Shown here in pieces: positions 18,562 through 28,044 of a stretch of 28,044 bases of DNA; position 1 is the stretch's first letter; each line of letters begins with the position of its first letter. Source of the DNA: a bacterium. Lineage in GTDB: Bacteria; SAR324; NAC60-12. The DNA is taken from positions 1-28,044 of the forward strand of contig CBDDTI010000077.1 of NCBI GenBank assembly GCA_965233585.1, given 5' to 3'. A program made the position numbers and the translations under genes. The notes under the pieces were generated by a model, which saw only the letters and a list, made by a program, of their open reading frames with translations, searched no databases and was not told where the DNA came from.

Positions 18562-19320
18562 ATGCACGAGAAAGTAGATTATACTAAAATATGCAATCAT
18601 CAATATCCAGTAGAAGACACCAGGCAAGGAGACGTGGTGTGTACCGAGTGTGGATTAGTTATTGATAAAATATATTGTCATAATTTAACAAAATCAAATT
18701 TGGAAACAGAATGGGACAAAATAAAAACATTTGATAAAGAAATTAAACAAAAAAACCAGCATTTAGAGAAAGAAAAAAATATTTTAAAAATTTTATGTAA
18801 TAAATTACATTTAAATAATGATGTTACAAATGTTATTTTAAATCTATGGTCGGATATAGCAGCGTGGCATTATCAAAAAGGCGGAAAAATTAAAATGGAT
18901 GTTAAAGGATTGGTGGTAATGACGTTGTATCAGGGGTTAATAAAAGAAAAAATTCCCCGCCCGATAAGTCATTTGTGTCAAGAAGTCGGCATTAATCCAA
19001 AGATAGTGTGGCGTTGGATGAAATTATACAGACGGGATTTGACTGACATGAATAAATTAGACAATTACATAAAGGCAAAAGATATGAAAGAATATTTTTT
19101 ACAGCCGCTGCAGTTAAATTATCAAGAAATGACGTCCGTTGAACAAATATTAAAAAAAAATGAAAATAGTTCTTTTGCTCCAAGAACTTTATTAGCTGCA
19201 TGCGCTTATGCCTTTTTAAAAGAATCCAAATTGAGGTATTTAAGCGTCAAAAATATGGCTCACATTTTAGGCGTCAGTGTTATGTCGTTGTACAGATGTC
19301 GTAAAAGTCTAAATCAATAA
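18562..19320 (+). CDS. TFIIB: TFIIB-like transcription initiation factor (252 aa)
   Basis: Zn ribbon CNH...VEDTRQGDVVCTECGLVID. Two cyclin-like repeats (LCNKLHL...TLYQGLIKEKIPR; APRTLLAACAY...VKNMAHILGVSVMSL). Confidence 0.9.
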   Translation: MHEKVDYTKICNHQYPVEDTRQGDVVCTECGLVIDKIYCHNLTKSNLETEWDKIKTFDKEIKQKNQHLEKEKNILKILCNKLHLNNDVTNVILNLWSDIAAWHYQKGGKIKMDVKGLVVMTLYQGLIKEKIPRPISHLCQEVGINPKIVWRWMKLYRRDLTDMNKLDNYIKAKDMKEYFLQPLQLNYQEMTSVEQILKKNENSSFAPRTLLAACAYAFLKESKLRYLSVKNMAHILGVSVMSLYRCRKSLNQ

Positions 19321-19329
19321 AGTACATAT

Positions 19330-19731
19330 ATGAATTACCACAGCGGTTTACATTGGCAACGAGGTTCGGGAATTGGATCGCTTTTTTCCGGAATTTTTCG
19401 CGGATTAATGCCGGTAGCGAAATCAACGATAAAAACTATTGGACGTGTAGCTAAAAGCGCCCCGATAAAATCTGTAGGAAAAGCTTTAAAGAAAGAAGCG
19501 ACAAGAGCGGCTGTAGAAACGGCGATAGAAGCTTTGGAGGGTCAACCGGTGGGCAGAAAAGCAAAACAACGTTTGAAATCCGCTACGCGAGGTATTTTGC
19601 TTAACGCTGCCCGACAAGCCGATAGCAACGACGATTATCGAACTCAAAATTCAAACAAAAAAAGGAAATCCTCGTCAATCACGCAATCTAGGAAAAAAAG
19701 GCGCAAAATTTCTAAAGAACCTCTGTTTTAA
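19330..19731 (+). CDS. Basic core/DNA-condensing-like virion protein with N-terminal protease site
   Basis: QRGSGIGSLFSGIFRGLMP motif typical of Maverick core proteins; Lys/Arg-rich C-terminus. Confidence 0.8.
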   Translation: MNYHSGLHWQRGSGIGSLFSGIFRGLMPVAKSTIKTIGRVAKSAPIKSVGKALKKEATRAAVETAIEALEGQPVGRKAKQRLKSATRGILLNAARQADSNDDYRTQNSNKKRKSSSITQSRKKRRKISKEPLF

Positions 19732-20820
19732 ATGTCGATAACAACGAAAGAGACTTTTTTAAAAGAATACGCGAAACCGGGTTCACCAATAGCTTTTGCG
19801 TCTCCCGCGCTAATTTATCATTATTATGAGAAAAAAATCCCTCTGACGTTAATCGAGGAGTGGCTAAAAGGAACAGACTCTTACACATTACACAAACAGG
19901 CTAAATTTCCCAGACCGAGAAATCCAACATTTGCTTATCGGAAACGGTATCAGTTTCAAATTGACCTTATAGATTTAGGAAATTTGGCTGAACAAAATGA
20001 TTCTAATAGATACCTTTTGACAGCCATCGATATTTTTACACGATTCGCCTTTGTAGAACCACTTATTAATAAAACGGCAAAAACATTTATGGAAGGGTTT
20101 GAATCTATTATGAAAAGAGCAAAACAATTTCCGCGTAGAATTTTAGCCGATAAAGGAGCGGAAATTAAGAATAAATTATTTCAAGCCTACTGCAAAAACA
20201 ATAACATTCTTTTGTTACACAGCAATAATTTTGTGCACGCCCCCTTTGTGGAAAGATTTAACCGAACTTTAAAAAACCTGTTGTTCAAATACATGACTCA
20301 CGAAAATACTGACAGGTACATTGACGCGTTACCATTTCTTGTCCATACCTACAACAATCGTAAACATCGCATGATTGGAATGACACCCGCTGAAGCAGAA
20401 CTCCCCGGAAAAACCTATCAAATTAGAAGAAAACAAGAATTGGTTTATTCAAAGATTAAAAGAATGAAACCAAAATACAAAATCGGCCAAACCGTGCGTA
20501 TTAGCATTATGAAGGGAAAATTTGACAGAGGATTTACACCACAATTCAAAGAAGAAATTTTTAAAATAAAATCAATTTCTACACGTTTGCCAAAACCCAC
20601 TTATGAGTTGGAGACTTTAGAACAGGATGAAACTTTAGAAGGAAATTTTTATGAGAGTGAACTTACACCCGTAGATGAGCCAGAAGTATTTGCCATCGAA
20701 AAAATTCTTCGGACAAAAAAAGATAAAAAAACCGGAGAAAAAATGGCTTTAATAAAATGGAAAGGGTATAAAAACCCTAGTTGGACATACGAAAAAGACA
20801 TAGTTGATATGCCACAATAA
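19732..20820 (+). CDS. int: Retroviral-like DDE integrase with C-terminal chromodomain
   Basis: QIDLID, IDIFTRF, ADKGAE, VERFNRTLK, YNNRKH; chromodomain IEKIL...LIKWKGY...SW. Confidence 0.96.
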   Translation: MSITTKETFLKEYAKPGSPIAFASPALIYHYYEKKIPLTLIEEWLKGTDSYTLHKQAKFPRPRNPTFAYRKRYQFQIDLIDLGNLAEQNDSNRYLLTAIDIFTRFAFVEPLINKTAKTFMEGFESIMKRAKQFPRRILADKGAEIKNKLFQAYCKNNNILLLHSNNFVHAPFVERFNRTLKNLLFKYMTHENTDRYIDALPFLVHTYNNRKHRMIGMTPAEAELPGKTYQIRRKQELVYSKIKRMKPKYKIGQTVRISIMKGKFDRGFTPQFKEEIFKIKSISTRLPKPTYELETLEQDETLEGNFYESELTPVDEPEVFAIEKILRTKKDKKTGEKMALIKWKGYKNPSWTYEKDIVDMPQ

Positions 20821-20826
20821 TACGGA

Positions 20827-22566
20827 ATGGATTATAATATTTATTGCGTGTCAAACGCTAGTTCCGATACGGATGACAAAAATACTTTAAATTCTTTTAC
20901 CAATTTATTTCCACAAAGTTTAGACTTGAAAAATAGAGAATGGGAAATTGGGGTAGTGTCTATTGGATTACATTACAACTACAACCAATTGACTTTGTCA
21001 AAAGGCCAACCTTGTTTCATCACGCTAAAAAACGAATTAACATCTATACATTCTTCGGAAGAAGACATAAGGTCCGAAATTTTAGACCAGACAAAATCCA
21101 TTTGGGTTTTGCCTAATTTAGATGAAGAGGATTTGACAGTGCATAGACTGATGCAAAATTTGATGCAATATATTTACAAGGAAGGAATGAGATTGTATAA
21201 TTTTGAACCCAAATCAGGGGGTAAAGATGAAAAAGCTTACGTAATAGATGAAAACCCGAAAAAAGAAATGGAAAATGAAAATTACAATTATAATAGATAT
21301 TTTTTAATACATAAACATTTTATAAAAATTTTAAATTTAAAATACTACCAAAACGGTTTTGTATCCTCCCAAGCAAAATCAATCAAGTTTTTTGACAACG
21401 AATATGTGTATTTTTCTGTAAAGAAAAATTTTGCGCTTTTAACTACAGCAATTAAAGCGTATTCCGTTTTAAAACCCGGTCTGGTTCAAATAAAATCAAA
21501 TATTATTTCTGACGTTCCCAGCGGAAATAGTTATTCCACAATTATGTTTACAACGACTTTGCCAAATCAAATGGAAGGTCATTATTTTTACCATAATGTA
21601 AAAAATATTAGATATTATCAAGTGCGACAATCTAATATTGAAACGATAAACACTCAATTTATAGATTCTTTTGGGAATCTTTTAAGTTTAAACGAAGGTC
21701 AGCCGTCTATAGTGCATTTTCATTTAAAAGAAAAAGATAAAAATATGGATTACGAATTAACGCACGTACGAATCGATTCACAAGTAGATACCAAATTGAA
21801 CTACGAAAATACAAATAGTAGTTTTTGGGCACACTTAAAACATCCGATAAGTTTGAATCAAAACGCGAAAATAGCCTTGATGGATATATCTTTTCCCAAC
21901 ACCATATGTAGCATTCCAGAATCAATTGGAAGGAATCCGTTTATCTTTAATGTGTTGATGAACCAAAACGAAACAAAAAAACACGTCGTGGAAATACCAA
22001 ACCTTTATTTCTGCAACTCTGATGATCTAACAACATCAATAAACCGTCTGTTATCCGAAGAACTAAAGGAAATTTTACATTTTGAGAACTTTAATGGATT
22101 CTTTAGGATTGTGGCTAAAACAGATAAACCTTTTTCAATAAGCATTCCCAAAAACTTTTGCCCGTTTTTAGGAATGTACGATTACTCGGAGAAAGAATTT
22201 GCAAGAATTGAGGAACGAGGTGATTACGTCACGCTTGCAGTGACTAAGGAAAGATTTTTTGAAGCGCCAAAACCAATGGATGTTTACAAATTATATCCCG
22301 GTGTTATGATATGTTATGCAAATTTTGTTCAACATTCCATTATTGGAGACAAATTTTACCCAATATTTAGAGTTATACCAACAATCGGTCAATCCACACA
22401 AAATGACTACTGTTCTATCCATTTCGAACATTTAGAATTTATAAGATGCAATGTTGATTATTTAGACGACATAAAGATCGAACTCAGGAGATTAGACGGA
22501 AATTTGATTGAATTTAACGACGATCGAAGAGTAATTTTAAACATTGTAATTAAAAATCCAATTTAA
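20827..22566 (+). CDS. Minor capsid (penton-like) protein made of two tandem units (579 aa)
   Basis: Unit 1 (aa 1-306): SNAS...NTLNSFTN...WEIGVVSI...DSFGNLL. Unit 2 (from 21745): NTNSSFW.HL..PISL...IALMDISFP...SIIGD...FRVIP...IKIELRRLDGNLI. Confidence 0.85.
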   Translation: MDYNIYCVSNASSDTDDKNTLNSFTNLFPQSLDLKNREWEIGVVSIGLHYNYNQLTLSKGQPCFITLKNELTSIHSSEEDIRSEILDQTKSIWVLPNLDEEDLTVHRLMQNLMQYIYKEGMRLYNFEPKSGGKDEKAYVIDENPKKEMENENYNYNRYFLIHKHFIKILNLKYYQNGFVSSQAKSIKFFDNEYVYFSVKKNFALLTTAIKAYSVLKPGLVQIKSNIISDVPSGNSYSTIMFTTTLPNQMEGHYFYHNVKNIRYYQVRQSNIETINTQFIDSFGNLLSLNEGQPSIVHFHLKEKDKNMDYELTHVRIDSQVDTKLNYENTNSSFWAHLKHPISLNQNAKIALMDISFPNTICSIPESIGRNPFIFNVLMNQNETKKHVVEIPNLYFCNSDDLTTSINRLLSEELKEILHFENFNGFFRIVAKTDKPFSISIPKNFCPFLGMYDYSEKEFARIEERGDYVTLAVTKERFFEAPKPMDVYKLYPGVMICYANFVQHSIIGDKFYPIFRVIPTIGQSTQNDYCSIHFEHLEFIRCNVDYLDDIKIELRRLDGNLIEFNDDRRVILNIVIKNPI

Positions 22567-22574
22567 ATTATATT

Positions 22575-22880
22575 TCAATAAAACAATTTATTTGAAAATA
22601 ACGAATTATTGGTGAGATTTAATAAAGAAATATCTACTAAAGTCTGATTTGCAAGATTAAGCGCCTTTAAACCGTTATAAGTCAGTCCGTACATTAACCA
22701 AAGAAAAACGGAAGTAATCACAAAAATTGATAAAAACATCGCGCACACGCTACAGCAATCGTTTCTTGGACAGAGATTAGGAGATTGCAAATTTTGATGA
22801 AACGTATCTTGGTCTACTTCTTCGAAACGAGATTTTTTATCTCGGTCAGAGCTTGTCGTTTGGCGCAAAGAGACGCTCAT
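22575..22880 (-). CDS. Small putative membrane protein (101 aa)
   Basis: ATG ORF with Cys cluster followed by AMFLSIFVITSVFLWLMYGL and N-x-S/T sequons; ATGA overlap with the upstream ORF. Confidence 0.6.
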   Translation of the reverse strand: MSVSLRQTTSSDRDKKSRFEEVDQDTFHQNLQSPNLCPRNDCCSVCAMFLSIFVITSVFLWLMYGLTYNGLKALNLANQTLVDISLLNLTNNSLFSNKLFY

Positions 22881-23287
22881 ACTTCTACTACTTCTTCACG
22901 AATTGGATAATGTTCTAAACAGAAATCTTTACACAACAATTTCATGCAAAATGACGCATAAAAATGAAACACTTTCATTTCATTTGAAATTTCACGATGC
23001 CACCACAATTTGGTATCGGAGTCGCGTGAATTATTGAGTTTGCCAAGAAGTTTGTCTTTGATGCAAGCCCTGTACTGCACTAATTCGCTGTCCAAAGATT
23101 CCAATGCTTCGTTGATTTTACGAAGATGCGCGCACATACGACGCAAAGAATGATGCACAACGCGGTTCGGGTCTGAAGTATCATAAATACCGGTAACATC
23201 AGGACCGGTATATTCGTCTCCCCAGTCGGAATTGTGCGACGATGATGATTTTGACTGCTTGTTGTCTTGACCACTCATGATGCACAA
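22877..23287 (-). CDS. Hypothetical protein (about 133-136 aa) with predicted helical/coiled-coil core
   Basis: ORF whose stop overlaps the next ATG; likely start at MSGQD. Confidence 0.6.
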   Translation of the reverse strand: MCIMSGQDNKQSKSSSSHNSDWGDEYTGPDVTGIYDTSDPNRVVHHSLRRMCAHLRKINEALESLDSELVQYRACIKDKLLGKLNNSRDSDTKLWWHREISNEMKVFHFYASFCMKLLCKDFCLEHYPIREEVVEV

Positions 23288-23474
23288 CTGAAACGATATG
23301 TTACACAGACATTTCTAATAAATATTAAAAGCGCGCTCGAAGTTCCGACGTGGTTGTCACAATTTTCAAATTCTTGCACGTGACTTGATAAATTAAAATC
23401 GAGCCGTCGTACAGGAATTTAAAAAGCATGACCAATGTTCTTGTCAATGAAGTCTTGCGCTTGAATGTGCTTCC

Positions 23475-24035
23475 GACGATGTAGATTGCTTCCAATCTTA
23501 AGGCATTTGTAGGGCTCAAATTATTTTAAAAAATTTGAGCTGTACAATTACCAAAAGAACGAGAAGCCGATGTTCACAATTAATGATGAAAACAATCACA
23601 AACGCATTTGCTAATATTAACACATATTCGGTGAAGTATTCGAAGTAACTTCTCATGGTTTATAAACCGTAGAGTATTTGCTTGATAAAATAAAATTTAA
23701 GCAAATAATCGACGGCGAAAAAACCTGAGAGAATAATCTTCTTAATGACGATGTGGCGGATTATTTACAATCTTAAGGCGTTTGTGAAACGCAAATAATT
23801 TATGGAAAAAATTTGAGCTTCACATACTGCCAAAAGAGTGTAAAAAACGGTATTCTTGATGGATGATGAAAAACCACTCACAAATTAAATCGACATGTCA
23901 CATTTTATAAAATTTTATTCGGTGGAGTATTTGAAGTGCCTTCTCATGATTTATCGGCCCTTGGGTAGAGCTTAATAAAATAATTTAGCAGCTACACAAA
24001 GGTCAAAAAAGCGTGAGAGAAAATGTTCTTGACAA
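23475..24035. repeat. Degenerate direct repeat, period about 275-290 bp
   Basis: CAATCTTAAGGC.TTTGT, AAAAATTTGAGCT and ATTCGGTG.AGTATT.GAAGT..CTTCTCATG each occur twice in the same order. Confidence 0.75.
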
Positions 24036-24809
24036 TTAGGATGAAGATATTCCGTTGTTTATGATTTTCTGGTTTTTTGCGTACAAAATAGACTGAGAAA
24101 TTCCAAACTCATTCTAAAATGTACACAAAGACCAAAAAAATCGTGAATAACAATCTTGGCAACAGAAAAATAATGATTTTGAAATTAAAACAAAATTGTA
24201 GATTGTTTGACGTTTTAAAGTGATTATGAAAAATCTAAATAAATTTGTTAAACATTTAAACCCTTCATATTCACTAAAAAACATGAAACGTTGTGATTTT
24301 TTCTGGCTTGAGGATGTGTGTTTAGATGGGATGATGGTTGATCATAATTTTATCGTTTGTTGGAGATCCGAATTATTTTTTGGGGAATTTCAGACCACGC
24401 AGCCAAACAATAAAAGCATGAAACCTAACAGTTTTTTCTTTTATCACTTTTAAAATATTCGGTTGTTGCTTGCTCACAATGTTGTGGCATTCGTGAAAAT
24501 CCAAAATAAATTAAAAATTTGGAAATTCTCAGGATTGCCACGAAATTGTAAGGTAAGTGCCGAATTTCTTGATACGTGTTGAATTTTGGATTGATCAAAA
24601 TTGACTGTGAAATCAGTTACATCAATGTTGAGGAAAAGCATTTGGACACCCCTTCCCCTAACGTGATTAAAATTTGAGCCTAAATCTTTGCTTACGGCGC
24701 GAATTGAAATTTAAAACGCGTTGGCGCGCGAGTTGGTTTGATTTTAAAGACATAAAGTTTGGACATGAAAGGATATTTGAGTCAAACCGCACGGAAAAAG
24801 ACGTTTTTT

Positions 24810-25350
24810 GTTCTCAGAACCTTTCTTCGCGCCCCCGAACTGATTCAAAACGTGGAAAGTGGGGAAAAATTGAGGTTGCAAACGGCTTGCAATCGGCTTG
24901 CAACAGGCCGATTGCAGACGAAAACAAGCCGATTACAGGCTCGATTGAGCCTGTTGCAAGCCGATTGCAGACGAAAACAAGCCGATTACAGGCTCGATTG
25001 AGCCTGTTGCAAGCCGATTGCAGACGAAAACAAGCCGATTACAGGCTCGATTGAGGTTGTTGCAAGCCGATTGCAGACGAAAACAAGCCGATTGCAGGCT
25101 CGATTGAGGTTGTTGCAAGCCGATTGCAGACGAAAACAAGCCGGTTGCAGACGATTACAAGCCGATTTCAGGTTGAAACAGGCTCAATGTAGATGCCATC
25201 AAGGTGTTTTGAGAGCGCATCAAGATGGTTTTTATCGGTAAACGGATGGTTGAAAGACGGTTTCAGCCTGTTTTAAGGTGTTTTGAGAACGTTTTAAGGT
25301 GTTTTGAGAGCGTAACAAGCTCGAATGAGAGTGATGTAGGGACATTACCC
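24810..25350 (-). repeat. Right terminal inverted repeat
   Basis: Reverse complement of 2501-3039. Confidence 0.96.
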
Positions 25351-26462
25351 TTCCCCCGTGGGCGATCTCGTGGGACTTCAGGTTTCCCACTAGCCGTTTC
25401 CGGTTCCCCAACCGATGCACTATCACCTGACTGTTGACCTCGCTCTGCCTCTTTTCCACCAGCCCCTCCATAGCCCGAGCGATGGCATCCTCTCTTCGAA
25501 CTGCACTGAGACTGCCGCCCCCTTTCCGGCGAAGGTGTCAGAGTTCGAGCCCTGCTTGCACTAACCCCCGGTAAACGATCTTCCTGTTCTCGATCCCTCT
25601 TAGGCCCACGCTTTTTCCCTTTCAGGACTGGCATGTCCCACCGTATGAATGGGGGACCCTGGTGACGTCCACCCGCCTGTCTGTGGGCCTCCTCTTTCCA
25701 AAGCCCTAAGAAATCCCGCCGTCGAGGAGGCGGAGAGGCTGTCTGATGATTGCAAATCTCCCTGTCTGAGGTCTTCAGACGAGCAAACTTCTTGCGGTCA
25801 CGATCCATATCATCCGGATCCAATCCTATCCTGTCGTTCACTCTCCTAATCTTTTCTAAAGCGAACGGTTTGAGGATCGAGGTCCTTAAGGAATCCGGTA
25901 CCTGCTGCATTGACACATGTTCCGGAATCACATGCTCACTTCCAATCAAAGTCACAAAACTGAGAGATTCCTCCCAGTGAGCCCAATCTCTAATCTCCTT
26001 GGGTCTTCTCTTGAGGATCAACTGATCGTGGTATTCAGGCACATCGTAAATATACGGACACTTACATATTCACCCTAATGGTTCTGAAACCGCCTGTTCC
26101 AGGTGACTCCATCTTACCACCTTGCGTCTCTCCAGCAACCTTGAGCTCCTCATGGCCCCCTCTCCGGATCCATCATCCTCCGTTTCGGTTCCATCTATGC
26201 GAAGGTTCCCGATGACCAGCAACTCTGGAGGCTCCAACAATCCCTCATGTTCGGCCGCAACTACTAGACTTCCCAGCTTGTCTAACGCCCCCATCTCTTC
26301 TGGATCTAAAGACGGCACAATTCCATCCAATGACATGAAGGCCATCCAGTTGGAAAGAGCAAACACTAACCGGGCCTGTTCCGGTGTTACCTTTTCTCCC
26401 GTCTTTGCTGCTTGCGCCGTGTTCCACCCGTAGGTTACATTGCCCCTAAATGGCGCAATCAA
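25351..26462 (-). pseudogene. Disrupted ~370-codon host-side ORF (possibly retroelement ORF1), truncated by the Maverick
   Basis: ORFs 26462-26070 and 26042-25351 share a frame and are separated by one TGA; GC-richer than surroundings; no recognised domain. Confidence 0.4.
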
Positions 26463-27014
26463 CCTAGTATACGATATATATCACTCTATTCTCACTCTAA
26501 CCTCTTTGGTTCCAGCCAGCCAGCACAGACGGAACATTTTCAAAACCAAGCCTTGCAACCTATTTTTTTAACTTTAACCTTTTTTGACTTTATTTCTGTA
26601 GGAATTTGTCATATTTTTTTATTATACGATAAAAAAATATTTGGGGAATAAACTTTAACAGTACCAAAAATGCCAAAAAGTTAATGCTTTTAGTAGAAAT
26701 GGGAGGTTCAAAAAAAAAGCCTTAGTAGGGTTGCAGGCCAGCCAGCAGGCGAGATACGCGTCCTTCCTGCATGAGTCCCCCCTCAAGAAGGGGGTTTAAC
26801 CAACTCAATATTCTGTATGGAAATGCAAATTCCCTGGGAGTTGGAATAAATTCTGATCTCCCGCCGGAAAGTAATCTCCCCATATTATGAAGCAATCTTC
26901 CATTTTCCAGTTCCCTAGTGGATAGAAAATTACTGCATAGGTGGCGAAAGATTATTTTGGCAAACAAGACAACTAAATCAAAGACAAACACAATATTTTT
27001 TTTTGTTAAAAGAC

Positions 27015-27295
27015 TTAGCAAGAGAAGGGATTTGAGCCAGGGACCCTTGGATCTACAGCCTGACACTCTATCAACTGAGCTATCAGGGCTAGACAGAAAT
27101 TCATGTCAATCTCTTGAAATTGATCTTTCAACAGAGAAAAATCAAAGATAATAAAAATTATTAGTGATAACATTTAGCAAGACACGGGATTTAAACCTGG
27201 GACCCTTGGCTCTGCAGCCAGACACTCTACCAACTGAGCGATCAGGGCTGGGCAGAATTTTGTGCAAATCCATGGGAATTTGTGTTTCCATAACG
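27015..27295 (-). mobile_element. Two tandem tRNA(Tyr-like)-derived SINE heads or tRNA pseudogenes, 159 bp period
   Basis: Minus strand GATAGCTCAGTTGATAGAGTGTCAGGCTGTAGATCCAAGGGTCCCTGGCTCAAATCC (to 27089) and a diverged copy ending at 27248. Confidence 0.65.
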
Positions 27296-27307
27296 GAAAA
27301 TATCGTC

Positions 27308-27455
27308 CCACACGGCCGGCATTTTCTTCCCTCGGAAAAATTTCCATCCTTGGGGAATCGTATTTCCCTCGGGCAAGTTTTGAATTGCCCTCTGGAAATA
27401 CGATTCCCCTCTGGTGGAAATTTTTTCAATAGGAAAGAAAACGCCGGCCGTGTGG
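27308..27455. repeat. Long imperfect hairpin (MITE-like)
   Basis: CCACACGGCCGGC / GCCGGCCGTGTGG outer arms and GGGGAATCGTATTTCC / GGAAATACGATTCCCC inner arms. Confidence 0.75.
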
Positions 27456-27664
27456 TAAATGTATATTTCCAAGGGATTTTCTTTGCCCAAGTGAAACAAG
27501 GTCTAAGAGAAAATACCCGTGGAAAAGACTTCTTCCCAAAAGCTGGAAAATTAGCAACCCTGGCGGAAAATCAAACCCATGTCAGGTGTAGTTTTCTGTT
27601 ACAGAACATACTTTCCTAAGTCTGCTAATACTAAGGGCCTTTTCAAGTTGAGGGAAAAAAATAT

Positions 27665-27920
27665 GGAGTTCGGCCAATTTTTGGGAGTTTGCCCAATATT
27701 TTGGGAGTCTGGCCAATTTTTTGGAGTTTGCCCAATATTTTGGGACTGGCCAATTTTTTGGCAGTTTGCCCAATATTTTGGGAGTTTACCCAATATTTTG
27801 GGAGTTTGGCCAATTTTTGGGAGTTTGCCTAATATTTTGGACCTTGGCCAATATTTTGAGAGTTTGCCCAATATTTTGGGAGGTTGCCAAATATTTTGGA
27901 ACTTTGGCTAATTTTTGGGA
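27665..27920. repeat. Minisatellite, ~18-19 bp unit CCAAT(A)TTTTGGGAGTTTG
   Basis: More than ten degenerate tandem copies. Confidence 0.9.
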
Positions 27921-28044
27921 TCTCTTGATCTAGACCTTGGACAAGATTCCTAATCCATTATTTTGCTTGCCAAGGCTGTATTTAGAGAAATCCAGATACC
28001 TTTCCCCAGAGGTTTAGTCGCTACAGAAAAAATATATTGACGTT

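Larger units (their letters stand above)
2501..25350. mobile_element. Maverick/Polinton endogenous virus, full length
   Basis: Bounded by ~540 bp inverted repeats (GGGTAATGTCCCTACATCAC... / ...GTGATGTAGGGACATTACCC). Encodes pPolB, integrase, packaging ATPase, cysteine protease, major and minor capsid proteins. Confidence 0.97.

Noticed and set aside
24674..25139. ORFs within the TIRs (also 2712-3075)
   Set aside because: Translations of the repeat array with no protein features.
27015..27248. Functional tRNA genes
   Set aside because: Acceptor and anticodon stems do not pair well and the B-boxes are mutated; treated as SINE heads or pseudogenes.
27579..27933. Repetitive ORFs at the right end
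   Set aside because: Translations of the minisatellite.

Overview
The window contains a complete, apparently intact ~22.85 kb Maverick/Polinton endogenous virus (2501-25350) in repeat-rich animal (probably invertebrate) DNA, bounded by ~540 bp terminal inverted repeats. It carries the usual core genes: protein-primed DNA polymerase B, packaging ATPase, adenain-like protease, major capsid protein, minor capsid protein, integrase with chromodomain and two putative protease-processed core proteins. Unusual features: (1) adjacent TBP-like and TFIIB-like genes with no RNA polymerase; (2) a pPolB gene split by five GT-AG introns, the last holding a nested antisense, GC-rich repeat membrane-protein gene; (3) a terminal-protein-like ORF separated from pPolB by a stop codon, together with apparent loss of the vOTU catalytic Cys, resembling adenoviruses; (4) a tandem-fused double minor capsid protein; (5) two four-exon accessory genes, a mucin-like type I membrane protein and a Lys/Asp-rich protein with a possible PC4-like domain. 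The flanks hold a LINE 3' end, tRNA-derived SINE-like heads, hairpins and a satellite. No target-site duplication is evident. All family assignments come from motif recognition by eye; no database search was run.
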